Shown here: positions 28,313 to 39,290 of the stretch, in pieces | Layout: each line of letters starts with the position of its first letter | Numbering within the stretch: the first letter of the stretch is position 1 | NCBI GenBank assembly: GCA_963809895.1 | Contig: CAWELD010000003.1 | Coordinates: 1 to 64,000 of the forward strand | DNA length: 64,000 bases | Reading direction: 5' to 3' | Source of the DNA: an uncultured Gemmatimonadales bacterium | GTDB lineage: Bacteria > Gemmatimonadota > Gemmatimonadetes > Longimicrobiales > Gaopeijiaceae | Program-made: the position numbers and the translations under genes | Notes under the pieces: model-generated | Seen by the model: only the letters and a program-made list of their open reading frames with translations | The model's database searches: none | What the model was told of the DNA's origin: nothing

Positions 28313-29983
28313 TCAGTCCGTGGCTCGGTGCCCGTCGACGTCGGGTGCCACCTCGCGCTCCCGCCCGGGGATGGTGGACGGGTTGCCGTCGCGGATGGCG
28401 TGGTAGGACGGAGACAGGATCTCGATGTCTGCGTCGGCGAGGGCGTCCTGGAGATTCTCGTGGAGCTGGGAATAGATGCGCGCCATGGCTCCGGGCCGCT
28501 CCGTGTAGGCGTTGAGCTCGTACGTGACCGCGTAGTCGCCGAGCGCGGTCTGCAGCACGAACGGCGCCGGGTCCGCCAGGATGTCCGGGGTCCGGCGGGC
28601 CGCCTCCTTCATGGCTTCGTGCACCCGGGGCCAGGGCACGTCGTAGCCCAGCGTGAGGCTCGTGTGCAGGATGACCCCGCCGTTTCGGGCCGTCGCGCTG
28701 TAGTTCACGATGTAGCTCCCCAGGACCATGGAGTTGGGGATCGTGATCTCCACGTTCTTCGGCGTGCGCAGGCGGGTGACCAACATGCCGCGCTCGACCA
28801 CGTCACCCAGCGTATCGGCGATCTTGACGCGGTCCCCGATCTGGAAGGGCCGCATGTAGATCATGACCACCCCGCCCACGACGTTGGCCACGGCCCCCGC
28901 CGAGCCGAAGGTGAGGAGGAGTCCCAGGAATCCCGCCACGCCCTTGAAGGCCAGCGAATCGCTGTTGGGCAGATAGGGCCAGACCAGGACCACGGCGAAG
29001 GCCAGGATCAGGACCCGGACCAGCTTGAAGGTGGGGAGGGCCCATTCCTCGTAGAACCCCGGCATCTTGATGGCGCCGTGAGCGAGCCCCGTGAAGACCA
29101 GCTTGACGACCTTGAGGCCGTAGTAGGTCACGACCGTGATGACCGCGATGTAGAAGAGGTTCGGCAGGTAGGCGAGCGCGGCCCGCGACAGGGCCAGCGT
29201 GGGCTCCAGCGCCAGCGCCAGAATGCGCTGCGCCAGCAGGCGTGTGGAGGGGAAGAAGCTGAAGACCAGCGGAAAGTAGAGGAACAGCAGGACGGCCGTG
29301 ACCACCAGCCGTGACGCGCGGGTGAGGAAGAGGAGGGTCGCTTCGATGCGCTCGCCCGAAAGCAGCACCAGCCCCTGGAATCTGAGGCTGGGGAGGTTGT
29401 CCTCCTGGAGGCCCCGCACGCGCCGGTAGATCCGGGGATACCAGACCCGCATCAGGCGGATCATCAGGTATAGTCCGACCGTGGCCAGCAGTGTCCACAA
29501 CGCGCCCAGCAACAGATCCCGCAGGGTGCGCGTGAGGGCGGGAGCCGCGAGGGCCGCGCGCACCGTGGCGGCCATGGAGGCGGCCGTGGCGTCGCTTCCG
29601 AGCCCCCGGGCGAGGGTGTCCTGGGGCGTGACCGCCAGCACGCTCTGTGCGCCGACCCAGATCTCCAGGCCGTCGGCGTCCTGGACGACATGCACCGAAT
29701 CGGCAGGAATTCCCTGGAAGCGCAGCTCTCGGATGCGACTCGTCGCTGCCGCCGCCCGCTGTGAAGGCGAGAACGGTCCGACGGGGCCGAAGAGGTAGGC
29801 CAGGGTGTCCCCGCGCACCACCAGCGCCGCCGAATCGGGCCTCGGCGGGTTCGGGACCGTGTCCCGCCGAGCGCTCGCGGCGGGAGGGGCGCTGTCCTGC
29901 CGCGCGGGGGGAGGCGTCTGGCCTTCCGCGGGCACGACCAGCAGGCCGCAGGCCGCGGCCAGGGCGAGGAAGGTGCGACGCAT
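28313..29983 (-). CDS. MscS-family mechanosensitive channel with periplasmic N-terminal domain
   Basis: RPFQIGDRVKI..GDVVE..LVTRLRT..EITIPNS; LGYDVPW; signal peptide. Confidence 0.92.
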   Translation of the reverse strand: MRRTFLALAAACGLLVVPAEGQTPPPARQDSAPPAASARRDTVPNPPRPDSAALVVRGDTLAYLFGPVGPFSPSQRAAAATSRIRELRFQGIPADSVHVVQDADGLEIWVGAQSVLAVTPQDTLARGLGSDATAASMAATVRAALAAPALTRTLRDLLLGALWTLLATVGLYLMIRLMRVWYPRIYRRVRGLQEDNLPSLRFQGLVLLSGERIEATLLFLTRASRLVVTAVLLFLYFPLVFSFFPSTRLLAQRILALALEPTLALSRAALAYLPNLFYIAVITVVTYYGLKVVKLVFTGLAHGAIKMPGFYEEWALPTFKLVRVLILAFAVVLVWPYLPNSDSLAFKGVAGFLGLLLTFGSAGAVANVVGGVVMIYMRPFQIGDRVKIADTLGDVVERGMLVTRLRTPKNVEITIPNSMVLGSYIVNYSATARNGGVILHTSLTLGYDVPWPRVHEAMKEAARRTPDILADPAPFVLQTALGDYAVTYELNAYTERPGAMARIYSQLHENLQDALADADIEILSPSYHAIRDGNPSTIPGREREVAPDVDGHRATD

Positions 29984-30136
29984 CCATGAATCTAGCAGGT
30001 TCGATGGGGAAGGCATGCATCGACCACGCGCGCGTGCGCCGGGGCGTGTGCCGGGGTCCGCAGGGTGACGGCGCACGCGCGGTTTCCACGTTCTATGACA
30101 AGGGTCCCTCCATCGTCCCGACTGCTGGAGTCCGAC

Positions 30137-30826
30137 ATGCTGCATTTCCCGGCTCGCGCGTACCTTCCTGTGGCTCTGACCCTGGCGCTCTGGCCCCTGG
30201 GTGCCGGCGCTGGGGCGGTGCCGGCCGCGGCCTCCGTCCAGGCCGCCGCCGTCGCCACGGGGCCGCGGATCGCAGCCGCCACCACCCTCGGCACCATCCA
30301 CGCCACCATCGACGGAGACGCCCGCACCTGGTACGTGGTCGCCGGACAGGCGTCGGACGGGCCCTGGGCCAGCGGGGCCTGGCTCGAGAGACAGGGCGGC
30401 GGTCACCTGATCACCTTCGGGGGGCTGGACGACGAAGATCTGCCCATCGAGACGTTCAGCCGGGGTGGCGGCAACCCGGGCCAGATGTCCATGGGAGACT
30501 ACCACGGCAGCTCGCTCACCATGGCCGTCACCGTCGACCTGACCTCGTTGCCCCTCCAGGTCGCCCTGCCCGACGACGAGGCGCAGGCCACCGTGATCTA
30601 CCTGCCGGTGGTGGACATGAGCGACATGAGCGGGATGCTCGCCATGCGCTCCGGACAGGTGGCGGTCGAGGAGGCCGACATCGCTGACGGCAAAGTGCGG
30701 ATCCGGGGCACGTTCTCCGGGACGTTCGAGCCCATGCAGGGCGGCGACGGGGTCGAGGTCAGCGACGGGAGCTTCGATATCGAGGGGTTGCCGAACGTGA
30801 AGGAGATCCAGCCGACCGGCGGATGA
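30137..30826 (+). CDS. Secreted hypothetical protein
   Basis: GGAG RBS, signal peptide, beta-rich C-terminus GTFSGTF..VSDGSF. Confidence 0.7.
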   Translation: MLHFPARAYLPVALTLALWPLGAGAGAVPAAASVQAAAVATGPRIAAATTLGTIHATIDGDARTWYVVAGQASDGPWASGAWLERQGGGHLITFGGLDDEDLPIETFSRGGGNPGQMSMGDYHGSSLTMAVTVDLTSLPLQVALPDDEAQATVIYLPVVDMSDMSGMLAMRSGQVAVEEADIADGKVRIRGTFSGTFEPMQGGDGVEVSDGSFDIEGLPNVKEIQPTGG

Positions 30827-30827
30827 C

Positions 30828-32430
30828 ATGCCTGTGAGCAGACTTCGGGTCTGGACCGTCGCAGCGCTCGTCTGCGCGGCCCTGCCGAGCACGGTGCGGT
30901 CCCAGGAGTGAGCGCAGAGGGTCCCACGACGGTGGTGGCGGCGCCCGCTTCGCCGGCCGAGGGCGAGTCGATCACCCTGACGGCCTCGGTGACCAATCCC
31001 TCGGGCTCGATCCTCCGGTATCGGTGGGATTTCGGCGATGGAGAACCCTCCGAGTCCGGCGAGGGCCGGGCCGCGCTCACCCACACGTATCGTGACGACG
31101 GCCGTTTCACCGTGACCGTCACCGTCTCGGACGCCGACGGCGCCACGGCCGAGGGGACCACCGAGGTGGAAGTCACCAACGAGGCCCCGGCCGTCGAGGT
31201 CCTCACGGGGCCGGACGAGGCGGCCACCGGTGAGCCGGCGGTCCTCGAAGGGCTCGCCCGGGATCCCGGTGTGGATGACGTCCTCACCTACCGCTGGGAC
31301 TTCGGCGACGGGGAAACGGCCGCGGGCGAGGATCTGCGCCGCACCACCCACGCCTTCGCCGCGCCGGGCGTCTATACGGTGGAGTTGAGCGTGACCGACG
31401 ACGGCGATCTGTCCGATACCCGCGTGGTCACGGTGTCCGTGGACCGGACCTTCCGTTTCGACATGTCCGGGGCCGTGGGCGGGACCATCGAGGGGGGATT
31501 CGAGGATCGACCGGGCTTTCTGGCGCACGGGGGCGGCGATTCCCGGGAGATCCCCGACGGCTACTGCCAGCTCACCGTCACGGCCGGCGACGAGGGCAAG
31601 ATGGTCATCCTCGCGGGGCAGCTTCCGGAGCCCATCGAACCGGGAGTCTATCCGGTGGCCCGCAGGGGCGGACCGGGCACGGTTGCGGTGCAGGATCTCC
31701 AGTGCGGGAACCCGGGCGTGGATTGCTCCGGAGGGCTCTGGCGCGGGGCCGGCGTCTCCGGCTCACTCCGGCTGACCGAGGTCACGGCGGAGCGCATCGC
31801 AGGCGAGCTCAGCGCCGGAATGCAGTTCGGAGACGCGGCCTATCAGATCACGGGCTCGTTCGTGTCGGCCCCGAGCAGCATGGCGGGCATCGCCCTGGGG
31901 CTGAATCCCGCCTGCTTCCGGGCTGAGCGCTTCGCCGTCGACACCCATCATCCCGACCTCGATCAACCGAACGTGGACCCCGGGGATCCCCGGATCGAGG
32001 TCACCTTCACCGACGACGTGGACCCGGCAACGGTGAACGACGCCACCTTCGTGGTGGAGACGCAGACGACGACGGGGACGATCCGGCGTACGCGGAGATC
32101 GACGGGGCCGTGGACTTTCCCGACGGGCGCACCCTGCGCTTCACGCCGGCTCTGGATCTCCCGGACGGCGTACTTCCGTGCGTGCGCGTGCGGGGAGGCA
32201 GAGACGGGGTCCAGAGCGTGGCGGGGGACACGCTTGAGCTTCCTGCGTCCGCCGGCGAGGGTGGCGGGGTGACCGACACCCGCACCTCACGAGCCTGCTA
32301 CGGCGGGGGCCGGCCGTGGCCCCGGGCCTACGAGTGGGGGTTCGCCACCATGGTGGAGCCCGACGACGTGCGGGTGGAGCTCTTCCAGGTGGCCCGCATC
32401 GGCGAGCGGGGTCACCGGGTCGGGGGCGGG
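30828..32430 (+). pseudogene. PKD-repeat and Ig-like domain secreted protein, frameshifted (near 30906 and 32070) and apparently truncated
   Basis: Signal MPVSRLRVWTVAALVCA..SQ; two YRWDFGDG PKD motifs; IEVTFTDDVDPATVN..LRFTP Ig-like domain continuing across frames. Confidence 0.62.
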
Positions 32431-32431
32431 A

Positions 32432-32900
32432 GTGATGCCCTCCGGTGCCGTCGCGCTGCCGCTCGGCGAAACCTATACGCTCCCCGGGGGGCATGCGGTC
32501 ACGGTTCACGGGGTGGAGCGGGACGTGGAGGGGGAGCTCGAGATGATGGGCGCCACGGACTCGGTCCGGGCAGCGGTGTCGACGTGGAGGTGTGCGCCGG
32601 CTCGAGCGACCTGCCTCTCGCCATGACGCAGGGCGGGATGTTCGGCCTCTGGTCGCGGGCGCCGGGGAGACGCACCACGGGTGGAGCGGGCAGGGGATCG
32701 CCTGGCAGGGCGAGCCCACCTTCGGGCGTTCCATGATGGACGGGGAGCTTCCGGCCGGGCAGTGCGTGCGGGGCCCGATTCCGGTGGCCGAACCCACACG
32801 CGGATCGTTCGACGCCGCGGTCCTGGACACCCGTACCGGTGGGCTCGGCCTGCCGGCGGACCTCCAGGTCCTGGTGGCCTGGGTGCTCGAGAGCGGCTGA
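32432..32900 (+). pseudogene. Fragmented hypothetical gene
   Basis: Coding-like pieces in three frames (MMPSGAVALPLG.., MTQGGMFGLW.., ..LQVLVAWVLESG-stop). Confidence 0.35.
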
Positions 32901-32985
32901 GCCGGCCCCCGGGGCTCTTTCGCGTCGTCATGCGAGCGCGTATCCCTCGTATGTTGTGACCGACATCCGTTCAATGCTCCGCGCC

Positions 32986-34095
32986 ATGGCCCGATCCTAC
33001 CTCATGTCGTTTCGCCTTCCGCTGATGGCGGTGCTCGCGGTCGCGCTGCTGCCCGCCGGCGCGCCGGCCCAGGAACGCCCCGACACCATCAAAGGCATCG
33101 TCTTCGACGAGGTGGCCAAGACGCCGCTGTCCGGCGCCACCGTGGTGCTCCTCAACGAGAGCGAAGGCACACCGGTGGCCACCGCGCGCTCGGATGCGAC
33201 GGGCCGCTACCGGGTCCCCGTGTCCAGCGGCACCTACTGGCTCGTCGCAAGCCACCCGGGCTATGCGTCGTCGCCGCCGCTTCCGGTGAGTTGGGGCACC
33301 GCCGCCGGCGGCGCGGGCAACATGGACGGGGTGCTCCTGAACCTGCGCACGCTGGACCGCCAGGCCATCGAGATCCAGGCGCGGGCCGAGGCCGACGCCG
33401 GCCCGGCACGGGTCCTGGGCCGGGTGCTGGACGGCGAGAACGGACGGCCGTTGGTGGATGCCGAGATCCGACTCGAGGGATCGGGGCTCACCACGGTGAC
33501 CGACGAGAACGGGATGTTCGCGCTCCCCGAGGTCCCCGCCGGGCTCCAGGTGGTGCACGTCCAGCACCTGGCGTACGGCGAGCAGACCAGGGAGTTGGTG
33601 GCCGAGGCAGGCACCGCGTACGAGATCCAGGTGCACATGTCGCCCGCAGCCATGGAGATCGAGGGCATCGAGGTCTCGGTGGTGTCGCAGATGCACTTCC
33701 GGCAGCTCCAGATGCTCCAGGACCGTATGAAGCGCGGCCTGGGCGGCAGCTTCGTGCTGGCCGAAGACCTGAAGGAGCAGGCCTATCCGCTCCTGCCCGA
33801 GGCCCTCAGGATGGTTCCCGGGCTCACGGTGAAACGGCAGGGGGCGCACGGCTGGCACCTCACCGTCGATCGGTGCGCAAGCAAAGCCAACGCCCAGACG
33901 CCGGTGATCTACGTGGATGGCGTGAAGGTCTACCGGCCCTCCAGCGGTGATCCCATGAGCATCCTCAACGAGATCGCATCGACGGATGTGGAGGCCATGG
34001 AGGTCTACAAGGGCGCCTCGTCGGTGCCGCCCGAGTTCTCGGGCTCCGACGCCGCCTGCGGTGCCATCGTCATCTGGACGAAGCGGGGGGGATGA
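32986..34095 (+). CDS. Two carboxypeptidase-regulatory-like domains plus TonB-plug-like domain
   Basis: IKGIVFD..PLSGATV, GRVLD..PLVDAEI..TDENGMF; PVIYVDG, DVEAMEVYKG, CGAIVIWTK. Confidence 0.85.
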   Translation: MARSYLMSFRLPLMAVLAVALLPAGAPAQERPDTIKGIVFDEVAKTPLSGATVVLLNESEGTPVATARSDATGRYRVPVSSGTYWLVASHPGYASSPPLPVSWGTAAGGAGNMDGVLLNLRTLDRQAIEIQARAEADAGPARVLGRVLDGENGRPLVDAEIRLEGSGLTTVTDENGMFALPEVPAGLQVVHVQHLAYGEQTRELVAEAGTAYEIQVHMSPAAMEIEGIEVSVVSQMHFRQLQMLQDRMKRGLGGSFVLAEDLKEQAYPLLPEALRMVPGLTVKRQGAHGWHLTVDRCASKANAQTPVIYVDGVKVYRPSSGDPMSILNEIASTDVEAMEVYKGASSVPPEFSGSDAACGAIVIWTKRGG

Positions 34096-34709
34096 TGGAG
34101 GAGGAGGATCGGACCCGGATCGCCAGGAAGCGGGCGCTGGGCATGCTCGCGCTGCTGCTGGCGGCCCTCGTTTTCATCGCCTTCTCCGACGATCTGTTCT
34201 ACGTGGTGGGCATGAGCATCATCGTCGTGCCGGCGTCGCTGATGGTCTACCGCGAGCTCCGCCGCCCGGATCGGCTCCTGCAGGTGAGCGAGGGCGAGGT
34301 CGTGCGGCGGACCATGGCTCGAGCGGAGGAGAGTGACCGCGTGGCGCTGCCTTCCGACCCCGCGGAGTTGCTGGCCCGCAAGCTGAGCCTTCAGGAGGAC
34401 CTGGATCGGCTTCAGCCTCCCAGTGCGCTGAGTCGTTTCATGCGGCGGCACGGCCATGTCGTCTTTTTTTCCTTCGGTGCGTTGTTCGCCGCGGTGTGCG
34501 TGCCCGTCGGAATCCTCAAGGAGGACATCGAGGCCGTGCAGTTGGGCGTGAGCGTATCGGTCGTCTGGTCGGGCTTCGGGTTCCTGCTGCGATTCCTGGA
34601 GACGCGGCGCCGACGGGCCGAAGACCGGCTCACGGCCGAGCTCGCCGAGCTGGAGCGCCTCGCCGGCGCGGCGGAGCCTGGTCCGGCGCTCCCCACGTCC
34701 GATCGATGA
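34092..34709 (+). CDS. 4-TM membrane protein (paralog A)
   Basis: ATGA-coupled; motifs YRELRRP.LLQV and LQEDLDRL. Confidence 0.75.
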   Translation: MMEEEDRTRIARKRALGMLALLLAALVFIAFSDDLFYVVGMSIIVVPASLMVYRELRRPDRLLQVSEGEVVRRTMARAEESDRVALPSDPAELLARKLSLQEDLDRLQPPSALSRFMRRHGHVVFFSFGALFAAVCVPVGILKEDIEAVQLGVSVSVVWSGFGFLLRFLETRRRRAEDRLTAELAELERLAGAAEPGPALPTSDR

Positions 34710-35353
34710 CCGACCGAATGCTGGTGCCGGAGGGCGCGTCGATGGTTCCGGACGCAGGGGTTGAAGACGAAGAAGAGAGTGTCCGCAAGGCTCGCAGGCG
34801 GGCGGCGTGGGGGCTCGCAGGGTCAGCCCTGCTGCTCGGCTCGCTCGCCTTCGCCCGCGACCCCTGGGAGGTCGTGGGCGTGGGCCTGCTCCTCATCCCG
34901 GCGACCTTGTGGAGCTACCGCGAGCTGCGGCGGCCAGCCGACCTGCTCCAGGTCACGCCTGCCGAGATCGTCGCCCGAACCCTCGAGGGCGAGGGAACGG
35001 TGGCGCTACCCGGACCCGAATCCCGGCCGGAGCGGGCCGATCGGCTGCTGCGCCTCCAGGACGAGCTGGATCGCCTGGAGAAGCCTGAGAGCATGACGGG
35101 GCGCTTGCTCGACGCCGTCCTCCTCTGGGGCGCGATGGTGCTGACCCTCCTGCTTGGCCTGGTGGCGATCCTGGGTGGCGTGTTGGCCGAGTCTTTGTCC
35201 TTGGTGATCCTGGGCACCGCGGGCGGGGCGACATCCGGTGGCCTCGGCATGGTCCTCCTGCGCCAGGAGAAGCGCCGCCGCGAGGCGAAGAAGATCCTGG
35301 AAGAGGAGATCGCCGCGCTCCGGGACAAGCCCGATCTCCGCCTTCCCCCATGA
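34706..35353 (+). CDS. 4-TM membrane protein (paralog B)
   Basis: ATGA-coupled; motifs YRELRRP.LLQV and LQDELDRL. Confidence 0.75.
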   Translation: MTDRMLVPEGASMVPDAGVEDEEESVRKARRRAAWGLAGSALLLGSLAFARDPWEVVGVGLLLIPATLWSYRELRRPADLLQVTPAEIVARTLEGEGTVALPGPESRPERADRLLRLQDELDRLEKPESMTGRLLDAVLLWGAMVLTLLLGLVAILGGVLAESLSLVILGTAGGATSGGLGMVLLRQEKRRREAKKILEEEIAALRDKPDLRLPP

Positions 35354-37260
35354 GGCACCGAGCAGCCCGTCTGGCCACCACGCTGGTGGTGAGCCTCGCC
35401 CTGGTCGCCTGCGGTCGTGAGGCTCCCACCACGCCCAACTTCCCGCTGCTCCAGTGGATCGACGTGAGTCCACGCTCGGTGGACATGCTGATCGGCGACA
35501 CGGTGCGGCTGACCGCCAAGGGCCTGAGCAAGGACGGCTCGGACGTGCCGGTGGATCCGACGTGGGAGAGCTCCGAGCCCTCGCTGGCGTCCGTCGACGC
35601 GGAGGGGCTGGTCACGGGCCTGGCAGCCGGTGCGCTATCGGTGTCGGCGGTCGAAGGGGCCGTCTCGGGATGGGCTGGCGTGCGCGTGCTGGATCCGGCG
35701 GCGGTGGAGGAGCTCCAGATTCTCGTGGCGCTCCCGGTGGGGGAGCAGGGCACGGCCTATCAGGCGTCGTTGCGCGCCGTCGGCGGGAGCGAGCCGTACA
35801 CCTGGTCCAAGCAGGGTGGCGAGTTGCCTCCGGGCCTCGCTCTCTCGGAACAGGGCGTCATCTCGGGCACGCCGGGAGGCTGGGGCACCTTCACCTTCAA
35901 GGCGCAGGTACGCGACGCTGCCGGCGCCACCGCCGAGGAGGAGATCGACCTCGAGATCGCCGGTGTGCCGGTCCACATCACCACCACCGTGCTGCCGCCC
36001 GCCACGGTGGGCGCACCGTATCGAGCACCCCTCGAGGCCGAGGGCGGCGACGGCTCGGGGTACCTGTGGTTCTCCGTGATCGACCTGGGGCTCCCGCCGC
36101 CGGGGATTACCCTGCACGGCGCCTCCGCGACCGTCGCGGGCACGCCCACCGAGGCGGGCGACTTCACCTTCGGGGTGGAGGTGCACTCCGGTGGCGCGCT
36201 GGACCGGCGGCCGATCCAGCTCAGCGTGTTGCCGGCCACCGTGCATCTGGAGACACGCGTACTTCCCGGCGGCCATGCTGGCGATGCGTACGCGGCGACG
36301 CTGGTGGCCAGCGGGGCGAAGGCAGGCGAAGTGTATTCCTTCAGCGTCTTCGACGGTGCCTTGCCGCCGGGTCTCGAGCTGAACGAGTCGACGGGCGCCA
36401 TCGAGGGCACACTCGCCGGCTCGGCGGCGGGTGTCTACGTCTTCAGGGTCCTGGTACGGGCCGGCGACGTCACGGCGGCGCGTGTGCTGGCGCTTGCCGT
36501 CTCGTCGCACGCCGCCAGCGCCTACAACCTCACCGTGGCCCTGACGGGTTCGACGCTACCGACGGAACGCCTGCGCAGGGTGCTGTCCGGTGCCGTCGAC
36601 CGCTGGGAGTCCGTCATCACCGGTGATCTGTCCGACGTCAGCTTCTCGGCGACGGAGTTCGGCGCCGAGGACTGCGAGGGCTTCGGCCCCGCGCTCAATG
36701 GCGTCTCGGTGGACGACATGGTGCTGGTGCTGAACGTGCTGCCCGCCGACGACGAGGTCAGCGGCATCGCCGAGGGCGGACCCTGTGCGGTGCGCCCCGG
36801 CCGCGGACTTCCGAGCCTGGGGGTGGTCACTCTCGATGCCGACGACATCGGCCAGCTTTCGGAGCTGCAGCTACAGGCGCTCCTCGTCCACGAGACCGCC
36901 CACGCGCTGGGGTTCGGAACGCTGTGGAGCTCCGGAGGTCGGACGCTCCTGTCCGGTAGGGGAGGAGACGCGCCGCGCTTCAACGGCCCCCTGGCGGTGG
37001 CCGCGTACCAGAGCCTCGGCGGCACCGAAGCAGGCGTGCCCGTGGAGGCGGAGGGCGGCGTCGGCACCCGTGACGCGCACTGGGCCGAGGCGGTGTTCGA
37101 CACGGAGCTCATGACGCCCTATCCCGAAGGCTCGGCCGTGGCTCAGCCCCTGTCGGTCATCACCGCGGCGGCCATGGGCGACCTGGGCTACCAGGTGGAT
37201 CTCGGGGCGGCCGACGACTTCGTCCTGCCTGCTGCCACCGCCGTGGCCCGGCGCCGCTAG
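35350..37260 (+). CDS. Lipoprotein with Ig-like repeats and leishmanolysin-like (M8) metallopeptidase
   Basis: Lipobox LVAC; repeats LPPGL.L..G.ISGTP; HETAHALGFG, GTRDAHW, ELMT. Confidence 0.87.
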   Translation: MRHRAARLATTLVVSLALVACGREAPTTPNFPLLQWIDVSPRSVDMLIGDTVRLTAKGLSKDGSDVPVDPTWESSEPSLASVDAEGLVTGLAAGALSVSAVEGAVSGWAGVRVLDPAAVEELQILVALPVGEQGTAYQASLRAVGGSEPYTWSKQGGELPPGLALSEQGVISGTPGGWGTFTFKAQVRDAAGATAEEEIDLEIAGVPVHITTTVLPPATVGAPYRAPLEAEGGDGSGYLWFSVIDLGLPPPGITLHGASATVAGTPTEAGDFTFGVEVHSGGALDRRPIQLSVLPATVHLETRVLPGGHAGDAYAATLVASGAKAGEVYSFSVFDGALPPGLELNESTGAIEGTLAGSAAGVYVFRVLVRAGDVTAARVLALAVSSHAASAYNLTVALTGSTLPTERLRRVLSGAVDRWESVITGDLSDVSFSATEFGAEDCEGFGPALNGVSVDDMVLVLNVLPADDEVSGIAEGGPCAVRPGRGLPSLGVVTLDADDIGQLSELQLQALLVHETAHALGFGTLWSSGGRTLLSGRGGDAPRFNGPLAVAAYQSLGGTEAGVPVEAEGGVGTRDAHWAEAVFDTELMTPYPEGSAVAQPLSVITAAAMGDLGYQVDLGAADDFVLPAATAVARRR

Positions 37261-37358
37261 CGCCGTCCAGCGAGCCGCGACCAACGAGCTCGACGCCCCG
37301 GGCGCTCCGTCGCTCGCATTCCCGCCGAAGCATGCAGGAGTCCCATCCACCCCTTGAC

Positions 37359-37521
37359 GGATTTCGGGGCGTTTCCGCGGAGACGTCCGGACCCCGGGAT
37401 GCAAGTCTCCGGAGACACGCCTGGATGGGCCTGTGACGTGTCCGGAGCGCGTTCCGGGGCTCGTGCGGCCTCTGCCTGCGACCGCGACCGTCCTGGACCC
37501 CTTCAGGAGGCCCCGAAATCC
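37359..37521. repeat. 12-bp inverted repeats enclosing palindromes, upstream of DUF222-HNH gene
   Basis: GGATTTCGGGGC (37359-70) / GCCCCGAAATCC (37510-21); GCGTTTCCGCGGAGACGTCC at 37369-88. Confidence 0.6.
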
Positions 37522-37583
37522 CATGGTTATATTACAGAAGTCATTGTGCATCTTGTGGTTAGACTCTGTCATGGGGGCGTTTC

Positions 37584-39219
37584 ATGGGTTCCGGGATCTC
37601 CACCGCTCTTCGTCCGGCCTACGGTGATGTCGACACGGGTGGAGGGCACGCGGGGGATGTCAGCCCGCTCCCCGCGCCGAGGCGCGCGCATCTCCACCTC
37701 GTGGTTCGTGAGCGGGGCCCGGACGACGGCCCGGGCGTCGATCCGATGTCGATGTCCATGGCGACGCCGACGCCCTCGAGGCGCTGGAAGACGAGATCGT
37801 CGTTCTGGCCAGTCACATCCATGCGGCCGAACACCGGCTTCTGCTCCTGCTCGCGGACTTCGACAAGCGCGGCGGCTGGAAGCTGGCCGGCCACCGCAAC
37901 TGCGCCGAGTGGCTCCACTTCCGCACCGGGATCGCCAGGGGTGCGGCCCGGGAGAAGGTGAGGGCGGCCCGAGCGCTCGAGAAGCTGCCCCTCACTTCCG
38001 ACGCCATGTCCCGCGGTGAGCTGAGCTTCTCCAAGGTGCGGGCGATCACGCGACTGGTCGACGATCTGAGCGACCCCGAGAAGCCCGACGCCGAGGCCGA
38101 GCTCGTGGACGTCGCCAGGCAGGTCACCGCGGCGAGCCTCGAGAAGATCGTGCGAGGCTGGGGCGTGCTGAGCGGGCTCGACGAGACCGAGCTCGAGCGC
38201 CGGCGCCATCGTTCGCGCTACCTGTCCGTCGCTCCCGACGGAGAGGGGATGTACGTGGTGCGCGGGAAGCTGGACCCGGAGGTGGGAGCGTTGCTCATGC
38301 GAGCCCTGGACGCCGCCGGTGACGCCCTGTTCCGCGACGGCGAGGATTGGGCTCCTGTCGGCGGCACCCGCGGCCCACGTGCCGAGGAGATCAGCCCTCG
38401 GCAGCGGCGGGCCGACGCCGCGGGGCTCCTGTGCGAACGGGCCATGGCGATGGGCTTCGGGCGCGGAGTGGAGGATGCGGACGGCGCACACCAGGACGGC
38501 GCCGTCCAGGACACCGACACAACCCCGCGCGACGCGCCCATCTCCGGCACCAAGGCCGAGCGCTACCAGGTCGTGCTGCACGTCGACATGGACACGCTGA
38601 CCGGAGAGGACGAGTCCGACCACTCGCCGGATGCGAGCGGTGGCCGCTCCCACCTCGAGGACGGCACGCGCGTTTCCGCGGAAACGTCCCGCAGGCTCTG
38701 CTGCGACGCCGCGGTCGTGAAGGTCACCCGCGGCCCTGACGGCTCGGTCCTGGACGTGGGCCGGAAGACGCGGACCATTCCACCCGCCATCCGCCGCGCT
38801 CTGGAGGTCCGCGACGGCGGCTGCCGGTTCCCGGGGTGCGGCCTGAGGTTCGCCGACGGCCATCACATCATCCCCTGGAGCCTGGGCGGGCCGACCTGCC
38901 TGTCCAACCTCGTTCTGCTCTGCCCCCATCACCACCGCTGCGTCCACGAGGGCGGCTTCACGGTGCGCATGCGTTCCGACCAACGTCTTCGGCGAGCGGC
39001 GCCCCTTCGTTCCAGTTCTACGACCGCACCGGCTGGCCACTCCCCGACTCCGCGCCGCTTTCCAGGCTGGAGCCGGGCGCCGTCGCACGCCTCCTGGATG
39101 AGAACCGCCGGAACGGAGTCGACCCCGAATGGAACACGCCGTCGGCCACCTGGAAGCGGGACGCCGACATCCCCTGGACGGTGGAGGCCCGCTTGCGCCA
39201 GGCGCTGGACCCGGCGTAG
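37584..39219 (+). CDS. DUF222 (13E12-repeat-like) plus HNH endonuclease; frameshifts near 37745 and 38970-39005
   Basis: CAEWLHFRTG..AREKVR.ARAL, GELSFSKVRA, QRRADA, RRLCCDA, RDGGCRFPGC..HHIIPW..GG.T..NLVLLC..HH..VH. Confidence 0.83.
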
Positions 39220-39290
39220 CGGAGGCTGGCTGCGACTGACCAGGCTTGGCCGAGCCGGCCGGGCTGCGGCCAGCTTCGGCTCGCCTACCG

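Noticed and set aside
28313..31528. 1071-aa giant MscS
   Set aside because: N-terminal half is the antisense shadow of + strand genes; signal peptide starts at 29983
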